In this document: piece by piece, positions 35,571-45,573 of the stretch
Layout: every line of letters starts with the position of its first letter
Numbering within the stretch: position 1 is the first letter of the stretch
Position numbers and translations under genes: made by a program
The notes under the pieces: generated by a model
Databases searched by the model: none
Told to the model about the DNA's origin: nothing
What the model saw: only the letters and a program-made list of their open reading frames with translations
From: a virus
Reading direction: 5' to 3' (one strand)
IMG/VR virus record: IMGVR_UViG_3300003323_000724
Span: 1-64,000 of that record
DNA length: 64,000 nucleotides

Positions 35571-36305
35571 GTGGAACAGGAATGCAAATTTCGTTCGGAT
35601 TTTCGAGTTCAGTTGGTGCGGAACTGGGGAAGCGATCGGGCTATCGTCGAGGACGCGCAGGCTCGCGACCCGGACACGTTTGTTGAAGAGAACCGAATCA
35701 AGCCGATTTTGGGAAAGCTGATAGGCGGCAAGATTCGTCACACGTCCCCGCTTGAACACTCGGGCATGTGCGTGTACGTAGAGTGTCCGGCCGTGGTGTG
35801 GTGGGAGTGGACCCGACACCGGTTCCTTCCGCAATCCCGAGCTGACCACAGTTTTAACTTGGAGAGCGGCCGGTACAAAATCCTCAAAGGAGAGTTCTAT
35901 CTTACGCCCCCAGAACGACCGATTGAGGAGCCGGACGACTTCAAACCGATGCGGCCGGCGCATGTGGTCAACGAGGAATTGACCAACAGAACCCGAACCG
36001 AACACATGATTTTGTTTCAATCTGCGTGGCGATCGTACCAACGGCAAATCGAAATGGGTGTTGCTCGTGAAGTCGCCCGCAACGTGTTTGGGCCGGCGAT
36101 TTACTACAGCGGTCGGGTTTCGGGCGGGGTGATGACGTGGCTTCACTTTTTGGCGCTGCGGACCAAAGATAATCCCCAAACCCCGTCATCGTACCCGCAG
36201 TGGGAAATTGAGCAGGTGGCGAACAAGTGCGAGACGATCTTTGCGGACCTGTTTCCCGTGGTTCATCAGGTGTTTAACGAAACTGGTCGGTTCACAATGA
36301 TGTGA
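35571..36305 (+). CDS. thyX: Flavin-dependent thymidylate synthase
   Basis: RHTSPLEH, EWTRHR...SFNLESGRY, GVAREVAR, LHFLALR, PQWEI. Confidence 0.9.
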   Translation: MEQECKFRSDFRVQLVRNWGSDRAIVEDAQARDPDTFVEENRIKPILGKLIGGKIRHTSPLEHSGMCVYVECPAVVWWEWTRHRFLPQSRADHSFNLESGRYKILKGEFYLTPPERPIEEPDDFKPMRPAHVVNEELTNRTRTEHMILFQSAWRSYQRQIEMGVAREVARNVFGPAIYYSGRVSGGVMTWLHFLALRTKDNPQTPSSYPQWEIEQVANKCETIFADLFPVVHQVFNETGRFTMM

Positions 36306-36461
36306 GGAGTGGAGAATGTGGAAGTTTTTGTCACAGTTGAAGGACGGGGAACGGTTTCTATTGCTTTATTTTGGTGGATTTGCTGTTGTCGGTTTGTTGG
36401 TGGGTTTGGGATTTTTCGTGCTTGAGTGCCTGAAGATCATGTTTCCGAACGGAGTCGGGCA

Positions 36462-38006
36462 ATGAAATGGCTGCCGACACCAGAAGCAATTGCGTTGCTT
36501 CACGAAGGTCAGATGGCGTTAGCCGACATGGAGTCCCACGGGATACGGATCGCTAAAGATTACCTCGAACAGACAATGCAGGAATGCACGAACCGGATCA
36601 AAGAAGTCGAATCGGAAATGATGCGGGATTCGGTGTATCGTTTGTGGCTGCGGAGATTTGGGGACAAGACCAAGCTGAGCAGTCCGGACCAGTTGGCCGA
36701 TGTTGTGTACGGGGATTTGGGGTTCAAGCCGAAGTACAACACCAAGGAAGAGGAGTGGACCGACGACAGCGACGATCGGGGCAGCGCAACTGAAGAGGCT
36801 CTCCAATCGGTGGCATCCGAAGTCCCGTTCGTCAAGAAATACTTCTACGCTCAGAAGTACCGCAAGGCCAAGGGGACGTACCTCGAAGGCATTTGGCGGG
36901 AGATGGTTAAACACAAAGACGGGAACTGGTACGTTCACCCGTCATTTAACCTCAATACGGTAGAAACGTTCAGAAGTTCGTGTAACTCTCCGAACTTCAT
37001 GAATGTGCCCGTTCGATACCCCGAGATCGGGGAAATGATTCGCCGGGCGTACATCCCGCGACCGGGACACCAGTTAGTTGAAGTTGACCTAGGCCAGATC
37101 GAAGTCCGCGTTCCATGCTTCTACAACAAAGATCCCAACCTGCTTTCGTATTGTTGGGACAGTACCAAGGACATGCACCGGGACACGGCCGCGAAGTTGT
37201 TCTTTCTCGATTTGAAGCAGGCGAAGAACAAGGGCGTTCGACACACGGCGAAGAACAAGACGGTTTTTCCCTTCATTTATGGCTCGTGTGCAGCGAACAT
37301 TGCTCCGGCCGTATGGGAGACGATCGACCGCGAGAACTTGATTGTGGAGGGCGAGTTTGTTGAGGAGAGCGGGAAGAAACGGCCACTAACCGTGCGGGAG
37401 CATTTGACTAAAAAGGGCATTACGGAGCTGGGCGAGTGCGACATGGAAAAGTCGCCGATTCCGGGCACGTTTGAGGCCCACGTCAAGAGTCTGGAAAACG
37501 ACTTTTGGCACAAGCAGTTCCCTGTGTTCACTCGGTGGAAACGGGAATGGATCGAGGCGTACCACCGCGAGGGTGGTTGTCGGTTCCTGACCGGGTTCGT
37601 GATGAAGGGGCCGCACATCCGGAACCAGATCACGAACTACCCCATTCAGTCTGTGGCGTTTCACATTCCGCTCTGGGCGATGATCCGAATTAACAAGGTG
37701 CTGAAGAAGTACAAGTTTCGTTCGCGACTCATTGGCGAAGTCCACGACTGCTTGAACTTCGATGTGTGGCCCCCGGAGCGAGACGATGTGATTGACATTG
37801 CAGTGGACTACATGTCGAACCGGGTCAAGAAACACTGGGAATGGATCAATACCCCACTGCCGTGTGAGCCTGAAGTTTGCCCAATTGATGGATCGTGGTT
37901 CGAGAAGCAAAGTATGATTGAGGAAGGTGGTCGGTGGGTTCCGGCGTCGATGGAGAAGTGGCAAAAAGCGCACGGGCCGTGGCAAAACCAAATCATCTGT
38001 AACTAA
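36462..38006 (+). CDS. Family A DNA polymerase, polymerase domain
   Basis: T.R.SC.SPNFMNVP, motif A DLGQIEVR, DMHRDTA, motif B R..AK....F..IYG, NYPIQS, motif C VHD. Confidence 0.92.
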   Translation: MKWLPTPEAIALLHEGQMALADMESHGIRIAKDYLEQTMQECTNRIKEVESEMMRDSVYRLWLRRFGDKTKLSSPDQLADVVYGDLGFKPKYNTKEEEWTDDSDDRGSATEEALQSVASEVPFVKKYFYAQKYRKAKGTYLEGIWREMVKHKDGNWYVHPSFNLNTVETFRSSCNSPNFMNVPVRYPEIGEMIRRAYIPRPGHQLVEVDLGQIEVRVPCFYNKDPNLLSYCWDSTKDMHRDTAAKLFFLDLKQAKNKGVRHTAKNKTVFPFIYGSCAANIAPAVWETIDRENLIVEGEFVEESGKKRPLTVREHLTKKGITELGECDMEKSPIPGTFEAHVKSLENDFWHKQFPVFTRWKREWIEAYHREGGCRFLTGFVMKGPHIRNQITNYPIQSVAFHIPLWAMIRINKVLKKYKFRSRLIGEVHDCLNFDVWPPERDDVIDIAVDYMSNRVKKHWEWINTPLPCEPEVCPIDGSWFEKQSMIEEGGRWVPASMEKWQKAHGPWQNQIICN

Positions 38007-38021
38007 CAGCGGAGAGCGATC

Positions 38022-38978
38022 GTGGACACGATGGGACTGGCAATTAAGTACCGCCCTAATACGCTCGATGACGTGGTGGGGCAGGCGGAAGCCGTCAGCG
38101 TGATCCGGGCGTTCGGGAGCCGGATTCCGCACACGGTGCTGATGCACGGCTCAAGTGGTAACGGTAAAACAAGTTTAAGTAGAATAATGGCTCGGAACTT
38201 GGGCTGCGATCCGTCCAACACGATGGACTTTCGCGAAGACAACGTGGCCCTGTGGGAATCACCACTGGAGAACGTGCGGAACATCGGGTACGAGGTCACA
38301 ATGAAGCCCTACAAGGCTCCGTGCCGCGTTCACTTGCTCGATGAAGTACAATCCCTATCTCGGGCCGGGTTCACGCAGCAAGCGTTCCTGAAGATTCTGG
38401 AGGACCACCCGCCGCACGCTTACTTTTTCCTCTGCACCACGGACACTAGCAAGATTCTCCCGGCGATCCAGAACCGTTGCACCAAGATCGAAATCAAGGA
38501 CATCGGGGAAGCCCAGTTGGTGGCCCTCCTGAAGCGCGTGGCGAAGGCGGAAGGACACGAAGTTGCTGATGAGGTGGCAACGAAGATCGCGGAACTCGCA
38601 TCTGGGAGCGCTCGTGCGGCCCTCAAGGAACTGGAAAAGTCCCTTGTACTGCCACCGGAGGAGCGATTAAACGCATTGGAATCGACCGGGAGCAAAGCCG
38701 CCGCGTTTGATTTGGTCCGAGCCTTGGACTTGTTCGGGACCAAGATGCCGAATTGGAAGAAATGCCAAGAGATCCTGACCCAACTCGGGGACCACAACCC
38801 GGAAGAGATCCGCCGAATGGTGCTCAAGTCTGCCCGGTCCGCACTGCTCAAGAACGACGGCCCGAACGCTTACAAAGCACTCAAGATCATGTCCGAATCG
38901 TACTTTGACACCGTGACCGGACCGGCCTTTCTCGTTCGGGACATCTATGCGATCTGCCACGCCACAGCGAAATCGTAA
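38022..38978 (+). CDS. Clamp loader AAA+ ATPase (DnaX/RFC-like)
   Basis: KYRP.TLDDVVGQ, GSSGNGKT, LLDEVQ, FLKILE, FFLCTT, IQNRC, GSARAA. Confidence 0.9.
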   Translation: MDTMGLAIKYRPNTLDDVVGQAEAVSVIRAFGSRIPHTVLMHGSSGNGKTSLSRIMARNLGCDPSNTMDFREDNVALWESPLENVRNIGYEVTMKPYKAPCRVHLLDEVQSLSRAGFTQQAFLKILEDHPPHAYFFLCTTDTSKILPAIQNRCTKIEIKDIGEAQLVALLKRVAKAEGHEVADEVATKIAELASGSARAALKELEKSLVLPPEERLNALESTGSKAAAFDLVRALDLFGTKMPNWKKCQEILTQLGDHNPEEIRRMVLKSARSALLKNDGPNAYKALKIMSESYFDTVTGPAFLVRDIYAICHATAKS

Positions 38979-38995
38979 AATCTGTTCACTTTGAT

Positions 38996-39024
38996 TTGCT
39001 AACACCCGGTTTGTGGTGCATAGT
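38996..39024 (+). promoter_or_regulatory. Phage promoter motif copy (TTGCTA-N17-CATAGT)
   Basis: Shares GCATAGTTGAGCACC and the leader sequence with other copies. Confidence 0.7.
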
Positions 39025-39056
39025 TGAGCACCGAAAACACAAACCGGAGAAAAGTG

Positions 39057-39440
39057 ATGGACTGGATCAAAGTAAATTGCCACACCAATCTTGATCTTTG
39101 TTTTGGGGACAAGAGAGGGTGGCCCACCAAACTGCCGTTCCGTCCGATGGTCGGAGACTACATTCGCAGTGCTTACATCCACCCCGGGCGAACTGCTTTG
39201 TACAAAACAGACAACGAAAAGGGATACGAGGAGAGGTTTGTTGGGAAGGGATTTCAGTTAGAGTTGGTTGTGGTTCGGATCACGGTCGTCACTAAGGACT
39301 TTGAAGGCGATCAGCGGTGGGGAGAGGGAAACTTTGAGAGATTGGATGTAGAACTGCACCTCCCGGCCAATCGGTATCAAAGCCTGAAGGATTTTTACGA
39401 GAACTGGTACGAAAAGATAACGGGAAATAAGTTTATTTAG
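39057..39440 (+). CDS. Hypothetical protein
   Basis: First gene after the promoter; GGAG Shine-Dalgarno. Confidence 0.6.
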   Translation: MDWIKVNCHTNLDLCFGDKRGWPTKLPFRPMVGDYIRSAYIHPGRTALYKTDNEKGYEERFVGKGFQLELVVVRITVVTKDFEGDQRWGEGNFERLDVELHLPANRYQSLKDFYENWYEKITGNKFI

Positions 39441-39450
39441 GGAGGGAGGA

Positions 39451-39933
39451 ATGTCGGACATTTTTAAGATCGACGAATCAAAGTTAGATCGAGAATGGGT
39501 AATCCAGCCTCAATTACAGAGGCAGGTAGGGGAGGAGGAAGCCGATGCACAGCACGTTTTGAACCAGAAGAAGGCTGAGTTTGATGTGATTTGCGCCCGG
39601 CTGTCGCTGGCCATTCGATCTGATCCGGAAAAGTACGGGATCGGTAAGAAACCAACTATTGGGGAGGTGGATCACGCTTTAACCCTAGAAAGGGACTATC
39701 AAGCGGGTCTTACTCAACTCAACTTGGCCAAGTACCAACTGGACGTGGCCGGGGCCAAGAAAACGGCGATGATCGACCGCCGCAAGGCTCTGGAGAACTT
39801 GGTTCAACTCCTGAGCCTGAACTATTACAGTGAGCGGGAGCCGCGAACGAAGTCCTACGACGGGCCGCGTCGGATGAGTGACGCGGAAAGACACGAAGTT
39901 CGTGGTGACGGGGTGGACGTGGATTTGGGTTGA
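39451..39933 (+). CDS. UvsY-like recombination mediator
   Basis: FKIDE..LD.EW..QP start, helical body, RRKALE.LV.L; lies next to the SSB and RecA-like genes. Confidence 0.55.
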   Translation: MSDIFKIDESKLDREWVIQPQLQRQVGEEEADAQHVLNQKKAEFDVICARLSLAIRSDPEKYGIGKKPTIGEVDHALTLERDYQAGLTQLNLAKYQLDVAGAKKTAMIDRRKALENLVQLLSLNYYSEREPRTKSYDGPRRMSDAERHEVRGDGVDVDLG

Positions 39934-39956
39934 TTTTTCAACAAGAAAGGTGAGTT

Positions 39957-41177
39957 ATGGGACGGCGTGACGATGACGAATTCGAGATCGAGGACCGGCG
40001 GCGTGAGAGCTATGTGTCGGGAGGAGGGTCTGGGGCACTGGAAATTCCCACCGGACTGAGTTTTCTCAAGATGGATTGGGAGGGGTCCAAGTTACTGGAG
40101 TTCATCCCGTTCAAAGTGACCGAAGCCCACCTGAAGTTCTCTTCGGCGTTCCCGAAGAACCTTCAGTTCAGCCGGCCCGGGAAATGGTATCCCGAACGGA
40201 CGTACTTCCGGCACGAGAACGTTGGACCGGACAACGGCCGGTACGCTTGCCCGTACATGAACTTCGGGAAGAAGTGCCCGATCTGTGAGGAACGGTCGCG
40301 GCTGGCCAAATCTCCCAACCCGATCGACAAGAAGGCGGCGGAAAAGCTCCGGCCGAAGGAACGGCAATTGTTTTTGGTCATGCTGCGGGACCAAAAGAGT
40401 GGCCGGTTGGAGGACGGAATCAAACTGATCGAGTTGTCCACGGCCGCGTTCGGCAAGCAACTTGATGCGTTCATTCAGAACGCTCTGCCGCGCTACCAAG
40501 AGGCGTACTCGCAATATTACCACCCACTCAAGGGACTGACGGTTCAGGTCGTGGGTGCGAAGGAGAAGATGAAGAACAACGACACGGGTGAAGGAAGCTC
40601 GTGGAACAAGTACACCCCGATGCGGTGTGACCAACGGGAAGACCCGATCCCGCGCGAGGTGTTCGACCACGGGTTCGACCTGGACGCGATGGTCCGCGAG
40701 GTGAGCTATGAAACCCTTCGGAAAGCCTTTTACGGCTTGGAGGAAGAGGGACAAGACGAAGATAGAGAAATCGACAATTACGTTCGCCGTCAGGAAGTTG
40801 CTCGGGAGAACGGTCCAGAGTTGAACACCGAACCGAAGCGGGAACCGACCAAGGCCGAGCCGAAGAAGTCTGAACCGATCAAGGTGGATGGGTTCGCCAG
40901 CAAGGACATCGTGACATTCGACCGTAAGGGGGACAAACTGGAAGGGGAGATCATCCGGATCGATAAGGAAAAGGAAACGGCGACGGTGTACTGTGAGGAT
41001 CGCGGTCGGGAATACGTTCTCGACTTCGAGGAAATGAAGGTAGTCAAGCGGGACACCACTTTCGACGCCAAACCGGAACCGGCCAAGACCGAAACAAAGA
41101 AGCCGGCCCGGGGGTGGGAAATGGGGGATGAGGACGAACAGGACGATCGGGTAGTGAACCGAACTACGCGACGGTAG
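39957..41177 (+). CDS. Single-stranded DNA-binding protein (gp32-like)
   Basis: H.NVG....Y.CP..NFGK.CPICE Zn motif, LRPK.R.L..V, acidic tail. Confidence 0.7.
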   Translation: MGRRDDDEFEIEDRRRESYVSGGGSGALEIPTGLSFLKMDWEGSKLLEFIPFKVTEAHLKFSSAFPKNLQFSRPGKWYPERTYFRHENVGPDNGRYACPYMNFGKKCPICEERSRLAKSPNPIDKKAAEKLRPKERQLFLVMLRDQKSGRLEDGIKLIELSTAAFGKQLDAFIQNALPRYQEAYSQYYHPLKGLTVQVVGAKEKMKNNDTGEGSSWNKYTPMRCDQREDPIPREVFDHGFDLDAMVREVSYETLRKAFYGLEEEGQDEDREIDNYVRRQEVARENGPELNTEPKREPTKAEPKKSEPIKVDGFASKDIVTFDRKGDKLEGEIIRIDKEKETATVYCEDRGREYVLDFEEMKVVKRDTTFDAKPEPAKTETKKPARGWEMGDEDEQDDRVVNRTTRR

Positions 41178-41186
41178 AGGCTGATT

Positions 41187-41217
41187 GTGGGTGGTCCGGA
41201 GTTTCCGGACCACCCAC
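41187..41217. repeat. Perfect 14-bp inverted repeat
   Basis: GTGGGTGGTCCGGA-gtt-TCCGGACCACCCAC between the SSB and ArsR genes; no U-tract. Confidence 0.85.
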
Positions 41218-41243
41218 CAAACTACAACAATTCAAGGTGATTT

Positions 41244-41552
41244 ATGGCGGTGGTGAAGGAAAAGAAGAAAGCTAAGAAGAACGATGCCGTGGTTATGCTC
41301 GCGGCCCTAGCGGAAGAAACGCGGCTGGGCATCGTGAAACTGCTCGCGGCCGAAAGCAAGAACGTGACGGACATTGGACGCACACTCAATGTAGAAATCG
41401 TCAACGTTTCCCATCACTTACGGATTCTCAGTGACGCGGGGATCATCCAAGGAACCAGGGACGGCCGGATGATTTTCTACTCGATCGATCCGAACGTGTT
41501 TCAGGACGGGGTGTTCGATTTCGGCGAAGTTCAGGTGACGTTGGTGAAGTGA
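41244..41552 (+). CDS. ArsR/SmtB-family HTH regulator
   Basis: ALAEETRL.IV.LL....NV.DI...L......VSHHLRIL..AGII...RDGR..FYS. Confidence 0.85.
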   Translation: MAVVKEKKKAKKNDAVVMLAALAEETRLGIVKLLAAESKNVTDIGRTLNVEIVNVSHHLRILSDAGIIQGTRDGRMIFYSIDPNVFQDGVFDFGEVQVTLVK

Positions 41553-41575
41553 AGCAATTCAACTTGGGGTGATCT

Positions 41576-42718
41576 GTGGGCAAGTCGAAACTGAGTAAGG
41601 AAGAGATTGATGCCAAAGCGGACCAACTCTTGTCCACGGAACCCCGCGTCGAGCCGGCCAAGCCGGAAGACCTGCTGAGCACTGGCTGTGCCTTGTTCGA
41701 CATTGCCATTTCCAAGACCTACCCGGGAGGGATTCCGGTAGGGAATTACATGTACTACGTGGGGGACTCGGGAACGGCGAAAACGTGGTGTGCGTTTTCG
41801 TTCTTGGCAGAGGCTTCGAGAAATCCACGGTTCAAGAAGCACCGGTTGATTTTCGATAACGTCGAGAACGGTGCTTTGATGGACATTGAATACTTTTTCG
41901 GCAAGAAGGTGTTCGATCGGTTGGAACCGCCTGCATGGAACGGAAGTGAACCATATTACTCAAATACAGTACAAGAATTGTACTATAATATAGATATAAA
42001 CTGTTCCAAGGGACCGTGTATCTACATTGTGGATTCGATGGACGCTTTACGAGATGATAGCGACGAGAAGAAGTTCGACGCCGAAGTGAAGCGATACGAA
42101 ACGGGCAAAGGAGAAGTTCCCGGATCGATGGGGGTGACCAAAGCGAAGACCAACAGCCAGAACATCAATCGCGTGGCCAGTTCCCTGCGGGACAGTGACA
42201 GCATTCTCTTTCTGATCGGCCAGACTCGCGACAAACTGGGAATGCCGTTCCCGATGAAAACACGCAGCGGGGGTCACGCACTGAAGTTCTTCGCTCACGT
42301 CGAAGCGTGGACGAAAATCGAAGAGAAGATCAAGAACCGGTACGCCGGCAAGGACCGGGACATTGGGGACACGATTCAGATTGATCTTCGCAAGAACCGC
42401 GTGTGCGGCTGGCATGGCAAGATCAGCGTGGACTTCTTGACCGGATTCGGGTTCGATGACGTAGGGACTTCTGTTAACTATCTGCTCGAAGAAAAACACT
42501 GGAAGTACGAGAAAAAACAGAAAGGGGAAGACGATGAAGAGGAATCAGACAGCAAGAACTTGACTGCACCGGAATTCGAGTTTACCGGTAAGAAGGAAAA
42601 GTTGGTGGAACTGATTCAGGATTCCAACCGGGAAGTTGAGTTGCACCAGTTGGTTCTGAGGGTATGGAAAGAGATCGAAGAGGGTTCGAGACTGAACAGG
42701 AAACGAAAATATTCTTGA
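41576..42718 (+). CDS. RecA/UvsX-like recombinase
   Basis: LSTGC..FD.AI...GGIP.G, GDSGTAKT, FD.VE, IVDSMDAL, IGQTRD, SGGHALKFFA, KNRV. Confidence 0.9.
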   Translation: MGKSKLSKEEIDAKADQLLSTEPRVEPAKPEDLLSTGCALFDIAISKTYPGGIPVGNYMYYVGDSGTAKTWCAFSFLAEASRNPRFKKHRLIFDNVENGALMDIEYFFGKKVFDRLEPPAWNGSEPYYSNTVQELYYNIDINCSKGPCIYIVDSMDALRDDSDEKKFDAEVKRYETGKGEVPGSMGVTKAKTNSQNINRVASSLRDSDSILFLIGQTRDKLGMPFPMKTRSGGHALKFFAHVEAWTKIEEKIKNRYAGKDRDIGDTIQIDLRKNRVCGWHGKISVDFLTGFGFDDVGTSVNYLLEEKHWKYEKKQKGEDDEEESDSKNLTAPEFEFTGKKEKLVELIQDSNREVELHQLVLRVWKEIEEGSRLNRKRKYS

Positions 42719-42865
42719 GGAACAAAATGACGATTAAGAAGATGCTGGAAGAGATCCGGAGGATCATCGGTCAATGTACCGCTTCCGAAAAGGAAACCTA
42801 CGAAGCGTTGGTAGATGAAGCGGCTGGATGGGAAATGCGGTTGGAGGAATTGGAGGAGGAACCCG

Positions 42866-43525
42866 ATGAGTAGCGAACATTTCAGTTACCACCACAACAA
42901 ACCCAAGTACCGACCGAACCCGACGCGGGAGTGGACGATTCAGGAGGACTTCGCGATCCTTCCTGTCGTTCTCGCGTGCCCGTCCCAAATCGCATACGAT
43001 GCGTCCTGCCGCCTTCTCGTTGACGCATTCGACCGAAACCACTGCCATCCGCCCGGAACCGTCCTGACGACGGCTGACAAGAACCGGGAGTGTCGGGAAC
43101 TGATCGAGGGGCGGATTGCACACATAGTGATGGACAGTCACGGCGAGCAGGATTTTTCCAGTTGGCTGCTGATGGGGAAACGAGACGAACTTAACCTGAG
43201 TTGGGGCGAAAGGGAAATAGTTCTAAAACAGTGGGTTCGTCGGGTTTTGTCTTACGACGAATACCTGTATCAACCGACTGCGATTTTGGATCGGAAGACG
43301 ACATCTGCGGGAGGCTTTGGGGAAGTTAAAGTTTCGACTTATTGCATGAATTGTGATCTTGACCGAATCGAATCTGACGAAGAAAGGCCGTCTCCGGCGT
43401 CCCCCAAGAACATGCAGAAGGTGTACGGAGCGGTGACGGATTTCCTCAAAGCAAGTGTCGATGACGAGTACGCGATCACGACGGCATGGGGTAAACTACA
43501 TGCGGTGTGTCGCGACTTGGATTAG
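42866..43525 (+). CDS. Hypothetical protein
   Basis: GGAGG Shine-Dalgarno; operon packing. Confidence 0.6.
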   Translation: MSSEHFSYHHNKPKYRPNPTREWTIQEDFAILPVVLACPSQIAYDASCRLLVDAFDRNHCHPPGTVLTTADKNRECRELIEGRIAHIVMDSHGEQDFSSWLLMGKRDELNLSWGEREIVLKQWVRRVLSYDEYLYQPTAILDRKTTSAGGFGEVKVSTYCMNCDLDRIESDEERPSPASPKNMQKVYGAVTDFLKASVDDEYAITTAWGKLHAVCRDLD

Positions 43526-43545
43526 TTGAAGTAAGGAGACGTGAA

Positions 43546-43749
43546 GTGTTGGAGATCAAGCGCAAAGTGGGCCAGCGGATCATTGTTCCTCCGGACCTGA
43601 TTATCGAGTTGGTGGACAACGGGCCGGTGGGGGCCATTATTGGGTTCATCTGCCCGCGAGACGTGGACGTGGTGCGGGAGGAACTGATGCCGCTCGCAGA
43701 GGTACGAGAGGTGTACGAAGAGGCCACGGGGATACGGAGGGAAGAATGA
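43546..43749 (+). CDS. CsrA/RsmA-like RNA-binding protein
   Basis: MLEIKRKVGQRIIV...IGF.CPRDV.V.REEL matches the CsrA pattern ML.L.RK.GE.I.I...IGI.AP..V.V.REE. Confidence 0.75.
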   Translation: MLEIKRKVGQRIIVPPDLIIELVDNGPVGAIIGFICPRDVDVVREELMPLAEVREVYEEATGIRREE

Positions 43750-44198
43750 CGCGAACGGAATACCTACTGAACCGGTTGGTTAACGTGTGTGGGGAACTCA
43801 GTTCAATTTCATCGGCACGGTTGATCTACTACCCGTTTGTTGGTTTGGATCAGGGCCAGTTCAAGAACAAAATTGAGGAGTTCGCGGCCGTTATTCAATT
43901 GCTGGTGCAGGAAGGGGCGATGGAACAAGGGGACGAGTTCGAGAAGCACGTTGACGCCAAAGCGAAACAGATCGAGATCGATTACACCGGGGTGGAGAAC
44001 CGAAGGGCCAAGGGGAAGCTGTACCAGTTGAAGGAATCACCACTCACGGACCTGCCCAAGTTCTACCACGAGTTCAAGACGCAGTTTCCCGAAGTGGCCA
44101 AGAGGAAATCTCTGCGAGTGTACGAGAGCGAAACTACCGAACCGCTGATGGACCTGCTGCACGCTCACGCGATGGTTCTGCAAGAGGTGAAGACGTAA
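43746..44198 (+). CDS. Hypothetical protein
   Basis: ATGA/TAATG overlaps with neighbours. Confidence 0.6.
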   Translation: MTRTEYLLNRLVNVCGELSSISSARLIYYPFVGLDQGQFKNKIEEFAAVIQLLVQEGAMEQGDEFEKHVDAKAKQIEIDYTGVENRRAKGKLYQLKESPLTDLPKFYHEFKTQFPEVAKRKSLRVYESETTEPLMDLLHAHAMVLQEVKT

Positions 44199-45025
44199 TG
44201 CACCTGATCGCCTTCGACGTGAGTTTCTGTTGCTGGCGGTCGTTCCACTCGCACGGGGGTAAAGATCCCTTTGCGAGTGTTTTGCTTGCCGTCTACGAAA
44301 TGGAACGGACTCGGAAGTTCATCGACCCCCGAGCCGTTCCCGTCTTCGCCTTTGATCGCAAGCCGTACAAGCGGAACGAATTGTACCTAGACTACAAGAA
44401 GAAGTCCCAGAAGGGGGACGACGGGGAGCGAGAAGCAAAGGAAGAACTGCTCCGGCAGGTGGACAAACTCAGGACCAAGTACCTCGAACAGTTGGGACTG
44501 CCCAATGCACTGTCCTCTCCGGGCTGCGAAGCGGACGACGTGTTTGCTTCGTTGGTAGCCAAAACCAGTTACGGGGATTTGAGGGATCAGATAACGATCG
44601 TGTCGAGGGACCAAGACCTGTACCAACTGCTGTCCAGTCGGGTGCGAATGTTCGATCCGATCAAGCGGCAGTTTTACACCCACAGGGATTTCAGGGACGA
44701 GTACGATTTGCACCCCACACAGTGGCCGCAGGTAAAAGCACTTGGGGGCTGCGAGTCGGACAACATCGACGGTCCGCCCGGAATTGCTCAGGGCCGGGCG
44801 TTGAAGCACGTCAGCGGCGAGAAGCCGAATAAGGTCTGTAAGGAGTTCATGGAAACGGAAGCGTACCAAGTGAACCTGAAACTGACGACGCTACCGTACC
44901 TGAACAAAGCGATCGAGTTCGATATCTCAACGGAATCAGCGTTCCAACAAGAATGGTGGGTTTGCCTGTGTTCGGCCTTGGACCGTGAGGCACTGGCCGA
45001 ATTTGTATTGGGGGTGAGGAGTTGA
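44198..45025 (+). CDS. 5'-3' exonuclease / flap endonuclease
   Basis: FAFD, R..LY.DYK, EADDV, SRDQDLYQL, ALGGC.SDNI.G.PGI. Confidence 0.88.
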   Translation: MHLIAFDVSFCCWRSFHSHGGKDPFASVLLAVYEMERTRKFIDPRAVPVFAFDRKPYKRNELYLDYKKKSQKGDDGEREAKEELLRQVDKLRTKYLEQLGLPNALSSPGCEADDVFASLVAKTSYGDLRDQITIVSRDQDLYQLLSSRVRMFDPIKRQFYTHRDFRDEYDLHPTQWPQVKALGGCESDNIDGPPGIAQGRALKHVSGEKPNKVCKEFMETEAYQVNLKLTTLPYLNKAIEFDISTESAFQQEWWVCLCSALDREALAEFVLGVRS

Positions 45026-45096
45026 AATGGGACATATCCATCTACCAGAATGCGTTAACTGCCCAATAAGGAATACGTGATTGTGAGGACCGAATA

Positions 45097-45573
45097 ATGC
45101 CTAGAAAGAAAAAGGCAACTGTGGGGGACAGATTGATGCTGGCCCTAGAGCACTTCGCATCCGATTTGGAAAACAATCGACCCCTGAAAGTTACCGTTCG
45201 TCAGAAACCAATCGTTGATTTGGAATTGCCTTTTCCTCCCACGATTAACACTTATTGGCGACGTGTGGGCAACCAGACGATCCTCTCAGCAGACGCGAGA
45301 CAGTACCGTAAGGACGTGTTGAACACCTATGCTTGCCGTCGCATCCGCCCGATGCAGGGGCCGCTCAAGGTGTCAATCATTTTCTATCGTCCGGACAAGC
45401 GACGGCGTGACTTGGACAATCTCCCCAAGGGGCTGCTCGACTCGCTGAAGCACGCGGGTGTGTACGAGGACGATTCACAGATCGAGCACCTTGATATGAA
45501 GTTCGGTCCGGTTCGGAAGGGCGGCTTAGCCGTGGTGACGATTATTGACCTTCCAGCGGAGCAAACCAAATGA
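45097..45573 (+). CDS. rusA: RusA Holliday junction resolvase
   Basis: LPFPPTINTYWR, PDKRRRDLDNL.K.LLDSL..AGV.EDDSQI. Confidence 0.9.
   Translation: MPRKKKATVGDRLMLALEHFASDLENNRPLKVTVRQKPIVDLELPFPPTINTYWRRVGNQTILSADARQYRKDVLNTYACRRIRPMQGPLKVSIIFYRPDKRRRDLDNLPKGLLDSLKHAGVYEDDSQIEHLDMKFGPVRKGGLAVVTIIDLPAEQTK

Noticed and set aside
12408-36305. Uracil- or hypermodified-base genome suggested by dcd
   Set aside because: thyX and a UDG-like domain are present, consistent with normal thymine DNA; no base-modification cluster was recognised.
34752-36462. Intron or intein interrupting the DNA polymerase
   Set aside because: The gap holds ordinary genes with their own Shine-Dalgarno sites; no splicing elements or homing nuclease are visible.
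40092-41213. Long antisense ORFs (e.g. 40092-41213, 22715-23632, 28333-29187, 37386-38147, 54658-55494)
   Set aside because: They shadow well-supported plus-strand genes and carry no recognisable motifs.
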